DNA of 64,000 nucleotides from Acidobacteriota bacterium (GTDB taxonomy: Bacteria; Acidobacteriota; Thermoanaerobaculia; UBA5066). Both the position numbers and the translations under genes were made by a program. The stretch lies in the NCBI GenBank assembly GCA_030278895.1, contig JARXKK010000003.1:4471-68470 (forward strand). Direction: 5' to 3'. Every line of letters starts with the position of its first letter. Position 1 is the stretch's first letter. Positions 53,439-62,052 of this stretch are shown in pieces. The notes beneath the pieces were generated by a model. It had not been told where the DNA came from. It saw nothing but the letters and a program-made list of their open reading frames with translations, and ran no database searches.

Positions 53439-54929
53439 TTGGCCGCCGGCGCCGTCGAGCGCATCGCCCATTTCCGCATCCTGAAGCGCATCGGACGGGG
53501 CGGGATGGGGATCGTCTACCAGGCGGTCGACGAGCGCGACGGCCGGACGGTCGCCCTCAAGGTCATTCGCGAGGCGGAGGCGCCGGGAGACGAATCGGCG
53601 GCGCACCTCAAGGAGGCGCGCGTGCGCTTTGACCGTGAGGCGGCGATTCTCAAGAGCCTCCTGCACGTCAACGTCGTCTCCTTTTTCGAGATCGGCGAGG
53701 AAGACGGGACGCCCTGGCTCGCGATGGAGTACCTCGACGGCGTGTCGCTGACGTCCTTCGCGGGGCGGCCGTGGACGGAGACGGTTCCGCTCCTCGTGCA
53801 GGCGGCCCATGGGCTCGCGTACCTCGCGTCGCGGGGCATCGTGCACCGCGACCTGTCGCCCGACAACATCCTCGTCATCGAGCGCGGCGGCGACCGGCTC
53901 GTGAAGCTTCTCGACTTCGGCGTCGCGAAGCTCTTCGAGAAATCGACGGGTCTCGAGGCCCTGACCGCGACGGGATTCTTCCTCGGCAAGGTCGCCTACG
54001 GATCGCCGGAGCAGCTCGGCTCGCTCGGCCACGGCGCGGCGCTCGACTGGCGGAGCGACGTCTACAGCCTCGGCGTGATCTTCTACCAGGTGCTCGCGGG
54101 CCAGCGTCCCTTCGAGGGCAAGGCTCCCGTCGAGTACATCGCCGCCCACCTCAACGCCGTCGCGCCGCCCGTCGCCGCGCCTTCGCATGCGCCGTCGCTG
54201 CCCGTTCCCCTCGTGCGCCTCGTCGGGCAGATGCTCGAGAAGAGGCGCGAGGACCGGCCGGCGAGCTGGCGCGAGATCGTCGACCGGCTCGTGGCCGTGC
54301 TCCGCGACGCGGGCGCGACACGCCTTCCTCCGGGGATCGAGCGAATGGAGCCGGGGGACGGCGCGATCGAGGCGACGAGCGGAACCGAGCTCGTGGGCGT
54401 CTCGCCACCCGGCGACACGACGAGGCCCTCCGGGCCTGCGCGTCCGCTGCACGAGGCCCGCCTCCTCGCATGGTTCGCGGGGGCGGGCGTCCTCCTCGTG
54501 CTCTCCGCATCGTGGTGGGCCGCCCGCATGAGGCCGTCGGCCCGTCCGGTGGAGCACCGGGCCGCGGAGCCGAAACGAACACCCGCCGGGTCCGCGTCCG
54601 CGGCAGAATCCGTTTCCACCGTCTCGACGCCGGTCGCGCTCGCCTCCGGGCGCCTGCAGATTCTCGGGCTCCCGTTCGCGCGCGTCCTCTCGCTCGTGGA
54701 CGCGGGCTCCGGGAATTCGGTGCCGCTCCCGGCGAACGCGACGACCCCGCTTCTCGTCACGGATCTCGCGCCGGGCCGCTACCGGGTCGTCCTTCTCGGC
54801 CCCGGCCCGGAGGGGCGTACCGTCGAGCGGGCCGTCTCGGTGTCGAGCGGTGCGACCGTCCTGCTTTCCGAGCCCTTCACGACGCCCGGCGCGCTCGCGG
54901 ATTCACTGACGAGGGGAGACGCACCTTGA
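53439..54929 (+). CDS. Hanks-type Ser/Thr protein kinase with TM helix and extracytoplasmic PEGA-like domain
   Basis: GRGGMGIVY, VALKVI, HRDLSPDN, DFG, GSPEQ. TM helix LLAWFAGAGVLLVLSASWWAA. PEGA-like tail. TTG start 4 nt after the upstream stop. Confidence 0.85.
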   Translation: MAAGAVERIAHFRILKRIGRGGMGIVYQAVDERDGRTVALKVIREAEAPGDESAAHLKEARVRFDREAAILKSLLHVNVVSFFEIGEEDGTPWLAMEYLDGVSLTSFAGRPWTETVPLLVQAAHGLAYLASRGIVHRDLSPDNILVIERGGDRLVKLLDFGVAKLFEKSTGLEALTATGFFLGKVAYGSPEQLGSLGHGAALDWRSDVYSLGVIFYQVLAGQRPFEGKAPVEYIAAHLNAVAPPVAAPSHAPSLPVPLVRLVGQMLEKRREDRPASWREIVDRLVAVLRDAGATRLPPGIERMEPGDGAIEATSGTELVGVSPPGDTTRPSGPARPLHEARLLAWFAGAGVLLVLSASWWAARMRPSARPVEHRAAEPKRTPAGSASAAESVSTVSTPVALASGRLQILGLPFARVLSLVDAGSGNSVPLPANATTPLLVTDLAPGRYRVVLLGPGPEGRTVERAVSVSSGATVLLSEPFTTPGALADSLTRGDAP

Positions 54930-56377
54930 AGATTCGAAGCCTCAGGCCAGCCACGCTCTGGTTTCCGGCCTTCCTCGCGGCGCTCGCGCCCTTTTCGGCG
55001 AGCGCCCAGACCGACTCGGCGCTGCTCTCGAAGGTCACGTTCAACCTGACGAACCCGGGCGGAAAGTCGCTCGCGATGGGGGGCGCATTCACGGCGATCG
55101 CAGACGACGCTACAGCGGCGCTCGTGAATCCCGCCGGCCTCGGGCTCATCTCCTCGATCGAGTTCGCCGTCTCCGGAAAGCGCGCGGACGCGACGCTGGG
55201 GCTCGTCACCGCGCGGGCGACGGCGACGGGCCCTCTCGCGGCGCCCTATCCGGCCACGGACACGACGAACCTGGACCGCGACACGCGTGGCTCGGCGGTC
55301 GACTTCGCGGGCGTCGTCGTCCCCATTTCGCGCCGCTTCGTCGCGGCGCTGACTTACGCGGAGAATCTCCGCTTCGAGGGGGACGCTGGCGCCGGCGGGT
55401 ACCAGTACCTCGAGCTCCGGGACAACCGGACGGGCGACACGGCCCGCCGGGATTTCCTCTTCCAGTACCGCGAGTTCGGGTCGGTGAGCCTCCGCAACAG
55501 GCTGCTCGGGCTGTCGCTCGCGTATCGCGTTTCGGAGCGCGTGCGCGTGGGCGGCGGCGTGACGCTGAACCGGGCGTCCTTCGATCTCGACGGCGACGCC
55601 GCGGGGCCGCATCGGATCACGAGCCGCACGTACCTGTCGCCGACGGCGGAGGAGATCCTGACCACCACGATGCGCGTGGACGGCGTGTCCGGGACGAAGC
55701 TCGGATACCTCGTGGGTATTCACGTCGACCTTCTTCCCGACGGGGCCCTGACGCTCGGCGCGGACTACCGCTCGTCGCCGAGGAACGACGGGACGCTCGT
55801 GATCGGCCGCTACATTCCCACGCCTCTTTCGGCGCAGACGTCCCGGCCGTTCTCGTTCCGGGTGCCGCGCGACGCGGCCGCCGGCCTCGCCGCTCACCCG
55901 ATGCCGGGCCTCACCATCGCCGCCGAGTTGCAGTGGGTGGCCTACGGCGACATCTTCGACCGCCCTCTGCCCGTGGTCTCGTACGTGGGGCTCGTCGGGC
56001 CGTTCGGATTTCCCCTTACGGACCCCGTGCTCGCGGACGTTTCCCCCGCTCGGGATGCCTGGATCCCGCGCATCGGCCTCGAATACGTGGCGAGCGCGAA
56101 GGGAGCGCGCCTCGCGTTCCGGGTCGGCTACCACCGCGAGCCCGCTCACGGAACGACGGCGCGCCTCGCCGCGCGCGACGGCTCAGGAACGCCATTCCCC
56201 ATCACGGAGCCGCCCTATTCCGAGAGCGTCGCCGCCGTGTTCGACGGGGGGCGCGCGGACGACCGCTTCTCAGGGGGCCTCGGCGTCACGGTCGCTCGAT
56301 CGCTCTCGATCGACTTCGGATTCGACGTCGGCCGCGCGTCGCGGCAGCTCGCCGCGAGCCTCTTCTACAGGTTCTAG
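54926..56377 (+). CDS. FadL/OMPP1/PorV-like outer-membrane beta-barrel
   Basis: TTGA overlap at 54926-54929. Signal peptide ...PFSASAQ, SLAMGGAFTAIADDATAALVNPAGLG N-terminal signature, and a C-terminal ...SLFYRF aromatic end. Confidence 0.75.
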   Translation: MKIRSLRPATLWFPAFLAALAPFSASAQTDSALLSKVTFNLTNPGGKSLAMGGAFTAIADDATAALVNPAGLGLISSIEFAVSGKRADATLGLVTARATATGPLAAPYPATDTTNLDRDTRGSAVDFAGVVVPISRRFVAALTYAENLRFEGDAGAGGYQYLELRDNRTGDTARRDFLFQYREFGSVSLRNRLLGLSLAYRVSERVRVGGGVTLNRASFDLDGDAAGPHRITSRTYLSPTAEEILTTTMRVDGVSGTKLGYLVGIHVDLLPDGALTLGADYRSSPRNDGTLVIGRYIPTPLSAQTSRPFSFRVPRDAAAGLAAHPMPGLTIAAELQWVAYGDIFDRPLPVVSYVGLVGPFGFPLTDPVLADVSPARDAWIPRIGLEYVASAKGARLAFRVGYHREPAHGTTARLAARDGSGTPFPITEPPYSESVAAVFDGGRADDRFSGGLGVTVARSLSIDFGFDVGRASRQLAASLFYRF

Positions 56378-56384
56378 GCACTCG

Positions 56385-56409
56385 CCCGGCGGGCGTCCCC
56401 GCCGGGTTT
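56385..56409 (+). terminator. Rho-independent-type terminator after the 50330-56377 operon
   Basis: 9-bp GC stem cccggcggg-cgtc-cccgccggg followed by TTTG, 8 nt after the stop codon. Confidence 0.6.
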
Positions 56410-56425
56410 GCCCATACGGTCTCGT

Positions 56426-56530
56426 TCAGCCACCCACCGGTCTCGTCCCGCGCTCGGGATCGTCGGCAGCGGAGGTCGTGGCGCCGGAGCCGAGACCGAG
56501 AAGCAACAGAAGCAACGTGAGAGCGTCCAT
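56426..56530 (-). CDS. Candidate 34-codon ORF encoding a signal-peptide-bearing micro-protein
   Basis: It is below the ORF-track length cut-off. AGGAGG lies 5 nt before ATG 56530. Translation: MDALTLLLLLLGLGSGATTSAADDPERGTRPVGG. 25 of 33 codons end in G/C. It has a promoter-like motif upstream and a hairpin terminator downstream. Confidence 0.45.
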   Translation of the reverse strand: MDALTLLLLLLGLGSGATTSAADDPERGTRPVGG

Positions 56531-56610
56531 ATCTTCCTCCTGTGGCGCGCCGGTGTCCGGCGCACCTTGGAGGCGGGAGAGATGAGCGCTCAGCAGTTCC
56601 GCCTGTTACT

Positions 56611-56643
56611 CCTATAGACGGAACCGCCAGGCGGTTTTCAACC
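56611..56643 (-). promoter_or_regulatory. Bipartite motif copy 1: GGTTGAAAA-N13-CCGTCTATAGG (reads as TTGAAA-N17-TCTATA)
   Basis: Read on the minus strand. It points toward the micro-ORF, about 80 nt downstream. Confidence 0.55.
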
Positions 56644-56678
56644 GCCGAGCCGTACCCTGATCCGGAAAAGGGGCCCGG

Positions 56679-58058
56679 CTACGCGCGCCGGGCGGCGCGG
56701 AAGGGAAGGACGAACCCGTCGCGCGCGGCCGCGAGGTGTTCCCGCACCTCCGAGACGAGGCCAACTTCGACGTCGCCCGGGTCGAGGCGCGAGGCGAGCT
56801 CGATCCAGGCCGGGTTCCCCGCGAGGTCGGTCACGGCGACGATCCGCCCGATCTCGCGCAGCGCGTCCATCATCTCGCCGGTTCGGCCAAGCCGGCCGAG
56901 GCACTCCGCGGCGCCGAGGCGCGTGACGATCTGGTCCTCCTCGAGGCCCATCGCGTCGGCCTTCGCCGCGACGGCGCGGTAGGAGACGAGCGCCCGTTCG
57001 AGATCGCCGCGGAGCAGGTCGAGCTCGGCGAGGTTCAGGCGCACGCCGAACACGAGCGCGTCCAACCGGTGGCGGCGCGCGACCTGGAGCGCCTGCGCGA
57101 AGCCCTGTTGTGAGGCTTCGATCCTGCCGAGCCGCGCGAGGCAGCGCGCCCTGTTCAGGAGGCACACCGAATACGTGTTCGCGTCGCGCTCCGGGTCAAA
57201 GCGCTCGATCGCGGCGTTGTACAAAACGAGGGCGCGCGAGGGGTTGCCGCGCTGCAGGAGCACCTGGGCGAGCACCGCCTCGGCGCGGCCGACCCATTGA
57301 TCCTGCGCGAAATCCGCGAAGATGCGGGCGGAGGCCTTCAGGAGGCGTTCGGCGCGAGCGAACGCGCCCTCGAAACAGAGGACGCTCGCTTCGAAGTAGT
57401 CGCAGAGGGCCCCGCTGAACGGATCGCGGCCGAGAGTCTGGAATTCGCGGCGCGCCGCGATGGTGGCTTCGCGCGCGTGCCGAAGACGCCCGATGTTCAG
57501 CAGGGCCTGCGAGGCAAGGAGCCGCGCCTCCGCGCGCAGCAGCGCGGGTGGGACCGGCCGCACACCGCCCTCCGCCGCCGGCACCGGCCCGTCCGAAGCG
57601 GCCTCGATTGCCTCGGCGAGGGCGAGGGCGCGCGTCGGGACGGCCGCGGCGAAGGCGCCGCGCTGAGCGGCATAGAGAAGCGCGAGCCGCCCGCCGTGCG
57701 CGGCTGCGAGATCGCGCACGCACCGGGCAAGGTCGGCGCCCGGATCGCGCGCGAACTCGAGAAGAGTCTCGGCCTCGCGTTGCGCGGCGTCCGCATCCGC
57801 GGCGAGATGCGCGAGCCGGACACGCCGCTCGGCGGTCCGCGGCGACCCCGGCAGGGGAAGGGTGGTCTCGCTCTCCCGGTGGAGGGTGTCCTCGAGCTCG
57901 ATGGCACCCGCGAGGTGCTCGAGCACGCTCCCGCGGCGCGCGCAGGTCGGGCAGCCCGCGATGTGCCCGCGGGTTCCCTCCGGCGCGTCGCCGTCGCGCC
58001 CGATCGCGAGGGCAAGGAGCTCGACCTCGGCGGGGTGGGCGTTCAGGCGGCGAGGCAC
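56679..58058 (-). CDS. Soluble ZAS-type (HxxxCxxC) anti-sigma factor fused to a large TPR domain
   Basis: HIAGCPTC zinc-anti-sigma motif near the N-terminus, no TM helix, and a TPR-like remainder of more than 350 aa. The start is GTG 58058 (16-nt overlap with the sigma gene) or ATG 58115. Confidence 0.7.
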   Translation of the reverse strand: MPRRLNAHPAEVELLALAIGRDGDAPEGTRGHIAGCPTCARRGSVLEHLAGAIELEDTLHRESETTLPLPGSPRTAERRVRLAHLAADADAAQREAETLLEFARDPGADLARCVRDLAAAHGGRLALLYAAQRGAFAAAVPTRALALAEAIEAASDGPVPAAEGGVRPVPPALLRAEARLLASQALLNIGRLRHAREATIAARREFQTLGRDPFSGALCDYFEASVLCFEGAFARAERLLKASARIFADFAQDQWVGRAEAVLAQVLLQRGNPSRALVLYNAAIERFDPERDANTYSVCLLNRARCLARLGRIEASQQGFAQALQVARRHRLDALVFGVRLNLAELDLLRGDLERALVSYRAVAAKADAMGLEEDQIVTRLGAAECLGRLGRTGEMMDALREIGRIVAVTDLAGNPAWIELASRLDPGDVEVGLVSEVREHLAAARDGFVLPFRAARRA

Positions 58059-58612
58059 GTTCTCATCCTCTTGATGCACTGGTTGATGCGCTTCCACACC
58101 GCGGGCACGCTGCATCCCGAGCCGGCCGCCGCTTCGGCGAGCGAGACCCTTTGAACGCAGTACGAGCGGATGAGACGCCGGCAGACGGGAGTCAACCGGC
58201 GAAATGCACCGCGGACGTGGAATGCGGTCAGAAGGCCTTCGGACCCGTCGCTTCGCGTGTGCGCGGCGTCGAGAGAGGCCACGAACGAGTCCTCCCGGGC
58301 ACGCTCCTCGACGCGGTCGAAGCAACGGTTGAAAAACGTGCTCACGAGGTAGCCCTCGGTATTCCGCACACGGGGACGCTTGAGGAGCACGGCTTCGAAG
58401 ATGTCCTGCACGAGGTCCTCGGCCTCCTCGGGCGTGCAGCCGAAGCGACGCACCCCAACCGCGACGAGGCGCGGCCTCAGATGGCCGTCGAGGCGCTCCC
58501 AGTCCCATGCATCGGGAAGCGTGCCGCCGGAGGTGTCCGCGGAGGACGCCCCGGAGCCCTGGACAATTTCGCTCTGACTCGCCCCGGCCTGCATGCGTAG
58601 CCCCGATCTCAT
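58043..58612 (-). CDS. ECF-type sigma-70 family RNA polymerase sigma factor
   Basis: Region 2 (EEAEDLVQDIFEAVL) and region 4 HTH (SLAEAAAGSGCSVPAVWKRINQCIKRMR). Confidence 0.8.
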   Translation of the reverse strand: MRSGLRMQAGASQSEIVQGSGASSADTSGGTLPDAWDWERLDGHLRPRLVAVGVRRFGCTPEEAEDLVQDIFEAVLLKRPRVRNTEGYLVSTFFNRCFDRVEERAREDSFVASLDAAHTRSDGSEGLLTAFHVRGAFRRLTPVCRRLIRSYCVQRVSLAEAAAGSGCSVPAVWKRINQCIKRMRTCLAA

Positions 58613-58659
58613 GGTTCAGCCTACTTCCGGTGTGCCTGCACTTCAAGGACATCGGGGGT

Positions 58660-58692
58660 GGTTGAAAAACACCCCCGCGAACCGTCTATAGG
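58660..58692 (+). promoter_or_regulatory. Bipartite motif copy 2: GGTTGAAAA-N13-CCGTCTATAGG
   Basis: Read on the plus strand. It points toward the hybrid kinase gene. The blocks and spacing are identical to copy 1. Confidence 0.55.
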
Positions 58693-58738
58693 GTATGGAG
58701 GGCGTCGGCTGTCCGGCCGGAGCCTCCTGGGAGACCGC

Positions 58739-59920
58739 GTGGAGCAGGACGAACGGGAACGGATCCAGGGTGAGGCGCAGAGGAGGCAGGCGTCCCGGAT
58801 GGAGGCTGTCGGCCAGCTCGCGGGCGGGATCGCACACGACTTCAACAACCTCCTCACCGCGATCCTTGGCTACGCACAGCTCCTGTCGGAACGTCCGCTG
58901 GGTGAAGCCGCCCTCGCCGATGTCGCCGAGATCAGCCGGGCGGGGGAACGCGCCGCTTCCCTCACGAAGCAGCTCCTGGCGTTCTCCCGCCAGCAGGTCC
59001 AGAAGATCGCGGTCTTCGTGCTGAACGACGTCGTGTCGGACACGGAGGCGATGCTCGCGCGGCTCCTCGGCGAGGACGTTCGCATTCGCAAGGATCTCGC
59101 GCCCGGCCTCGGGCGCGTGAAGGCAGACCCGGGCCAGATCGAGCAGGTGCTGGTGAACCTCGTCGTGAACGCGCGCGACGCCATGCCGAAGGGCGGAACG
59201 CTCCGGCTCGAGACGCGCGACGTGGACCTCGACGAAGCGTACGTCGCCGCTCACCCGGCCGGCGCGCCGGGGCCGTACGTCATGCTCGCCGTGAGCGACG
59301 ACGGCTGCGGGATGGACCCCGCGACCCTCGCGCGGATCTTCGAGCCCTTCTTCACGACGAAGCCTGCCGGCAAGGGGACCGGCCTCGGGCTCGCGACGGT
59401 CTACGGGATCGTGAAACAGAGCGGCGGATTCGTCTGGGTCTACAGCGACCCCGGCCGCGGCTCGACGTTCCGGATCTACCTGCCGCGTGTCGAAGAGCCC
59501 GCCTCGGCACGGCGCGATTCCGGGACGCCGCGTCGCGCGCCCTCGAGGGGAACCGAAACGGTGCTTCTCGTCGAGGACGACGACGCCGTGCGCCGGTTCG
59601 TCCGGGGCGTCCTCGAGCGGAACGGATACACGGTCTTCGAGGCTGCGTCCGGCCCGGACGCTGTGAACGTCGCGCGCGCGAATACCGGCGCGATCCAGCT
59701 CGTCGTGAGCGACGTCGTGATGCCGGAGATGAGCGTGGCGGTCCTGAAACGCCGCCTCGACGCCATCGGCGTCAGGGCCCCCATCCTTTACATGTCGGGC
59801 CACCCGACGGACGCGGTCGTCATGCGCGGAGTCAGGGCCGGGGGCGTCGCGTTCCTTCAGAAGCCGTTCTCGCCCGGGGACCTTCTCGCAAGAGTGCGGA
59901 GAGTGCTCGACGGCGGGTGA
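58739..59920 (+). CDS. Hybrid histidine kinase (HisKA-HATPase-REC) without recognisable sensor domain
   Basis: H-box GGIAHDFNNLL, N-box NLVVNARDAM, G-boxes DDGCGMD and GTGLGLATV, and a receiver domain (LLVEDDD...VSDVVMPEMS). Start placed at GTG 58739, downstream of the promoter-like motif. The ORF is open from 58658. Confidence 0.8.
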   Translation: MEQDERERIQGEAQRRQASRMEAVGQLAGGIAHDFNNLLTAILGYAQLLSERPLGEAALADVAEISRAGERAASLTKQLLAFSRQQVQKIAVFVLNDVVSDTEAMLARLLGEDVRIRKDLAPGLGRVKADPGQIEQVLVNLVVNARDAMPKGGTLRLETRDVDLDEAYVAAHPAGAPGPYVMLAVSDDGCGMDPATLARIFEPFFTTKPAGKGTGLGLATVYGIVKQSGGFVWVYSDPGRGSTFRIYLPRVEEPASARRDSGTPRRAPSRGTETVLLVEDDDAVRRFVRGVLERNGYTVFEAASGPDAVNVARANTGAIQLVVSDVVMPEMSVAVLKRRLDAIGVRAPILYMSGHPTDAVVMRGVRAGGVAFLQKPFSPGDLLARVRRVLDGG

Positions 59921-59942
59921 CGGTTCAGGAGGGCCGGCTCAC

Positions 59943-61106
59943 TCAGGGTCGCTCCGTGCGTGCGGGAGGCTCGGCGGACCGCTCTTCGTAGAGGATCCTG
60001 TTTCCGCCCGCGGCGCGCGCCGCCGCGAGCGTGTTCTCGGCGCGCTCGATCAGGGCGTCGCACAGGGTCTTGTCCAGGCGGCCGTGCACCGCGATGCCGG
60101 CCGAAAGCGTGAGAGGGCGGCCCGCTTCGCCGGAAAAGGCCGCGCGAATGCGCTCCAACGCGATCGCGGCGTTCGTCTCGTCCGCTTCGACGAGAAGGAC
60201 GAGGAATTCGTCCCGGGAACGGCGCGCCGCGATGTCGATGCCGCGGATCGCCCGCCCGATCGTCTGGCCGAAAGCCGCCAGAACCTCGTCCGCGCCCTCG
60301 CGCCCCAGCTCCTTTTCGAGCGCGTCGAAGCCGTCGATGCCGATCACGGCGATCGCGGCGGCGCGACGGGTCCGCTCCGCGCGCACGAGCTCCTCGGCGG
60401 CGCGGCCCAGGAAGAGGGAACGCGTGGCGAGCCCGGTCAGCGCGTCCGTCGTCGCGCGCGCGAAGAGGCGCCGCTCTTCGTCGGCGACGGTCGGGAGGAG
60501 CAGCGCGGTGAAGACGAGGAAAGCGAACCCGAAGAAGACCCCGCTGAATTCGGCGGAACCGGGGGTCCACCTCGAACCGGTCTCGAGCGTGGCTCCCGCG
60601 AGCAGGAAGGCCGTCGCGACGAAGGCGAGCGTCGTGTCGCGCCGGCGGTTCTCCTTCCGGGCGAAGACGACCAGGAACCCGGCGGAGACGAGGCCGACCG
60701 AGACGACGGCGAGGCCTCCTGCGAGCGGGCTCGCGGCCGGCAGCATGAGAGCGAGGAGCGTGCCGAGGAGCGGGAGGGCGAGGAGAGCCATGAGGGCGGG
60801 CGTGAGCCGGAGATTCAGGAACCTCAGCAGGAAGAGGAATCCGATGGCCGGAAGGACGAAGGAGAGCGCGTGGACGAGGCGGCCGAGGATCTCGCGCGAG
60901 ACGGGGATCGGGACGGGCGTCAGGAGAGGCGTCGCGAGCCAGAACGCGATCGAAAAGGCGAGGCACGAATAGAGGACGAGCTCGGTACGCGCGCGGTTCC
61001 AGCTCAGGAGGAGCAGCGCAAGGGTGCCGAATGCCCCGGCCGCGAGCGCACAGAAGAGAACGAGGACCTGGGGAAGGGTGAACGTCATCTCAGACTCGCG
61101 AGGCAA
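59943..61106 (-). CDS. Polytopic membrane protein with degenerate GGDEF domain
   Basis: About 6 TM helices, then a GGDEF fold (DALTGLATR...). The signature reads RRSRDEF instead of RxGGDEF. Confidence 0.8.
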   Translation of the reverse strand: MPRESEMTFTLPQVLVLFCALAAGAFGTLALLLLSWNRARTELVLYSCLAFSIAFWLATPLLTPVPIPVSREILGRLVHALSFVLPAIGFLFLLRFLNLRLTPALMALLALPLLGTLLALMLPAASPLAGGLAVVSVGLVSAGFLVVFARKENRRRDTTLAFVATAFLLAGATLETGSRWTPGSAEFSGVFFGFAFLVFTALLLPTVADEERRLFARATTDALTGLATRSLFLGRAAEELVRAERTRRAAAIAVIGIDGFDALEKELGREGADEVLAAFGQTIGRAIRGIDIAARRSRDEFLVLLVEADETNAAIALERIRAAFSGEAGRPLTLSAGIAVHGRLDKTLCDALIERAENTLAAARAAGGNRILYEERSAEPPARTERP

Positions 61107-62019
61107 AGTAGGCGACGGTGGTCTTCAGTCCCTCGTCGAGGCCGACCTTCGGCTCCCAGCCGAGGACCGATCTCGCGAGCGTGATGTCGGGGCGCCGTTG
61201 CTTTGGGTCGTCCACGGGAAGAGGTTTCCGGACGAGAGGAGCCTTCGTGCCGGTGAGCCGCTGGACGGACTCGGCAAACTGCAGGACCGTCATCTCGGTA
61301 GGGTTGCCGATGTTCATGGGGTCCCTGTGATTCGACTGGAGCAGCCGGGTGATGCCGTCGATCAGGTCCGAGACGTAACAGAAGGAACGCGTCTGCGAAC
61401 CGTCGCCGAAGATCGTCAGCGGCTCTCCGCGAAGAGCCTGCCCGATGAGCGAGGGCACGATGCGCCCGTCGTTGGGGCGCATGCGCGGTCCATAGGTGTT
61501 GAAGATGCGGACGATCCGCGTGTCTACGCCGTGGAAGTTGCGGTAGGCGATCGTCATGGCCTCGGCGAAGCGCTTCGCTTCGTCGTAGCAGCCGCGGGGT
61601 CCGACGGGATTCACGTTGCCCCAGTACGTCTCCGGCTGCGGGTGGACGAGCGGGTCGCCGTACACCTCGGAGGTCGACGCGAGCAGGAAACGGGCCTTTT
61701 TCGCGCGCGCGAGGCCGAGCGCCTTGTGCGTGCCGAGCGCACCCACCTTCAGCGTCTGGATCGGGATCTGGAGGTAGTCGATCGGGGAGGCGGGCGAGGC
61801 GAAGTGGAGGATCGCGTCGACCGGCCCGTCGAGATAGATGTACTCGGTGACGTCGTGAAAGACGAAGCGGTACTTCCGGTTCCCGGCAAGATGGGCGATG
61901 TTGCGCTCGTCACCCGTGACGAGATTGTCGAGGCCGACGACCTCGTGCCCTTCGGCGAGGAGCCGATCGGACAGGTGGCTGCCGAGAAAGCCCGCAGCCC
62001 CGGTGACGACGATGCGCAT
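61090..62019 (-). CDS. UDP-glucuronate decarboxylase (UDP-xylose synthase) type SDR
   Basis: [19 protein letters not shown], and YDEAKR catalytic set. High collinearity with UXS/ArnA-C-terminal enzymes. Confidence 0.9.
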   Translation of the reverse strand: MRIVVTGAAGFLGSHLSDRLLAEGHEVVGLDNLVTGDERNIAHLAGNRKYRFVFHDVTEYIYLDGPVDAILHFASPASPIDYLQIPIQTLKVGALGTHKALGLARAKKARFLLASTSEVYGDPLVHPQPETYWGNVNPVGPRGCYDEAKRFAEAMTIAYRNFHGVDTRIVRIFNTYGPRMRPNDGRIVPSLIGQALRGEPLTIFGDGSQTRSFCYVSDLIDGITRLLQSNHRDPMNIGNPTEMTVLQFAESVQRLTGTKAPLVRKPLPVDDPKQRRPDITLARSVLGWEPKVGLDEGLKTTVAYFASRV

Positions 62020-62052
62020 GGACTCCCGATTGTACGGGAGGAAGGTTCCTTC

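Noticed and set aside
56611-58692. The inverted 33-nt motifs as terminal inverted repeats of a mobile element carrying the ECF operon.
   Set aside because: There is no transposase or recombinase between them and no flanking direct duplication. Identity is confined to two short blocks with a variable 13-nt spacer (promoter-like architecture). Each copy is correctly placed and oriented in front of an outward-facing gene.
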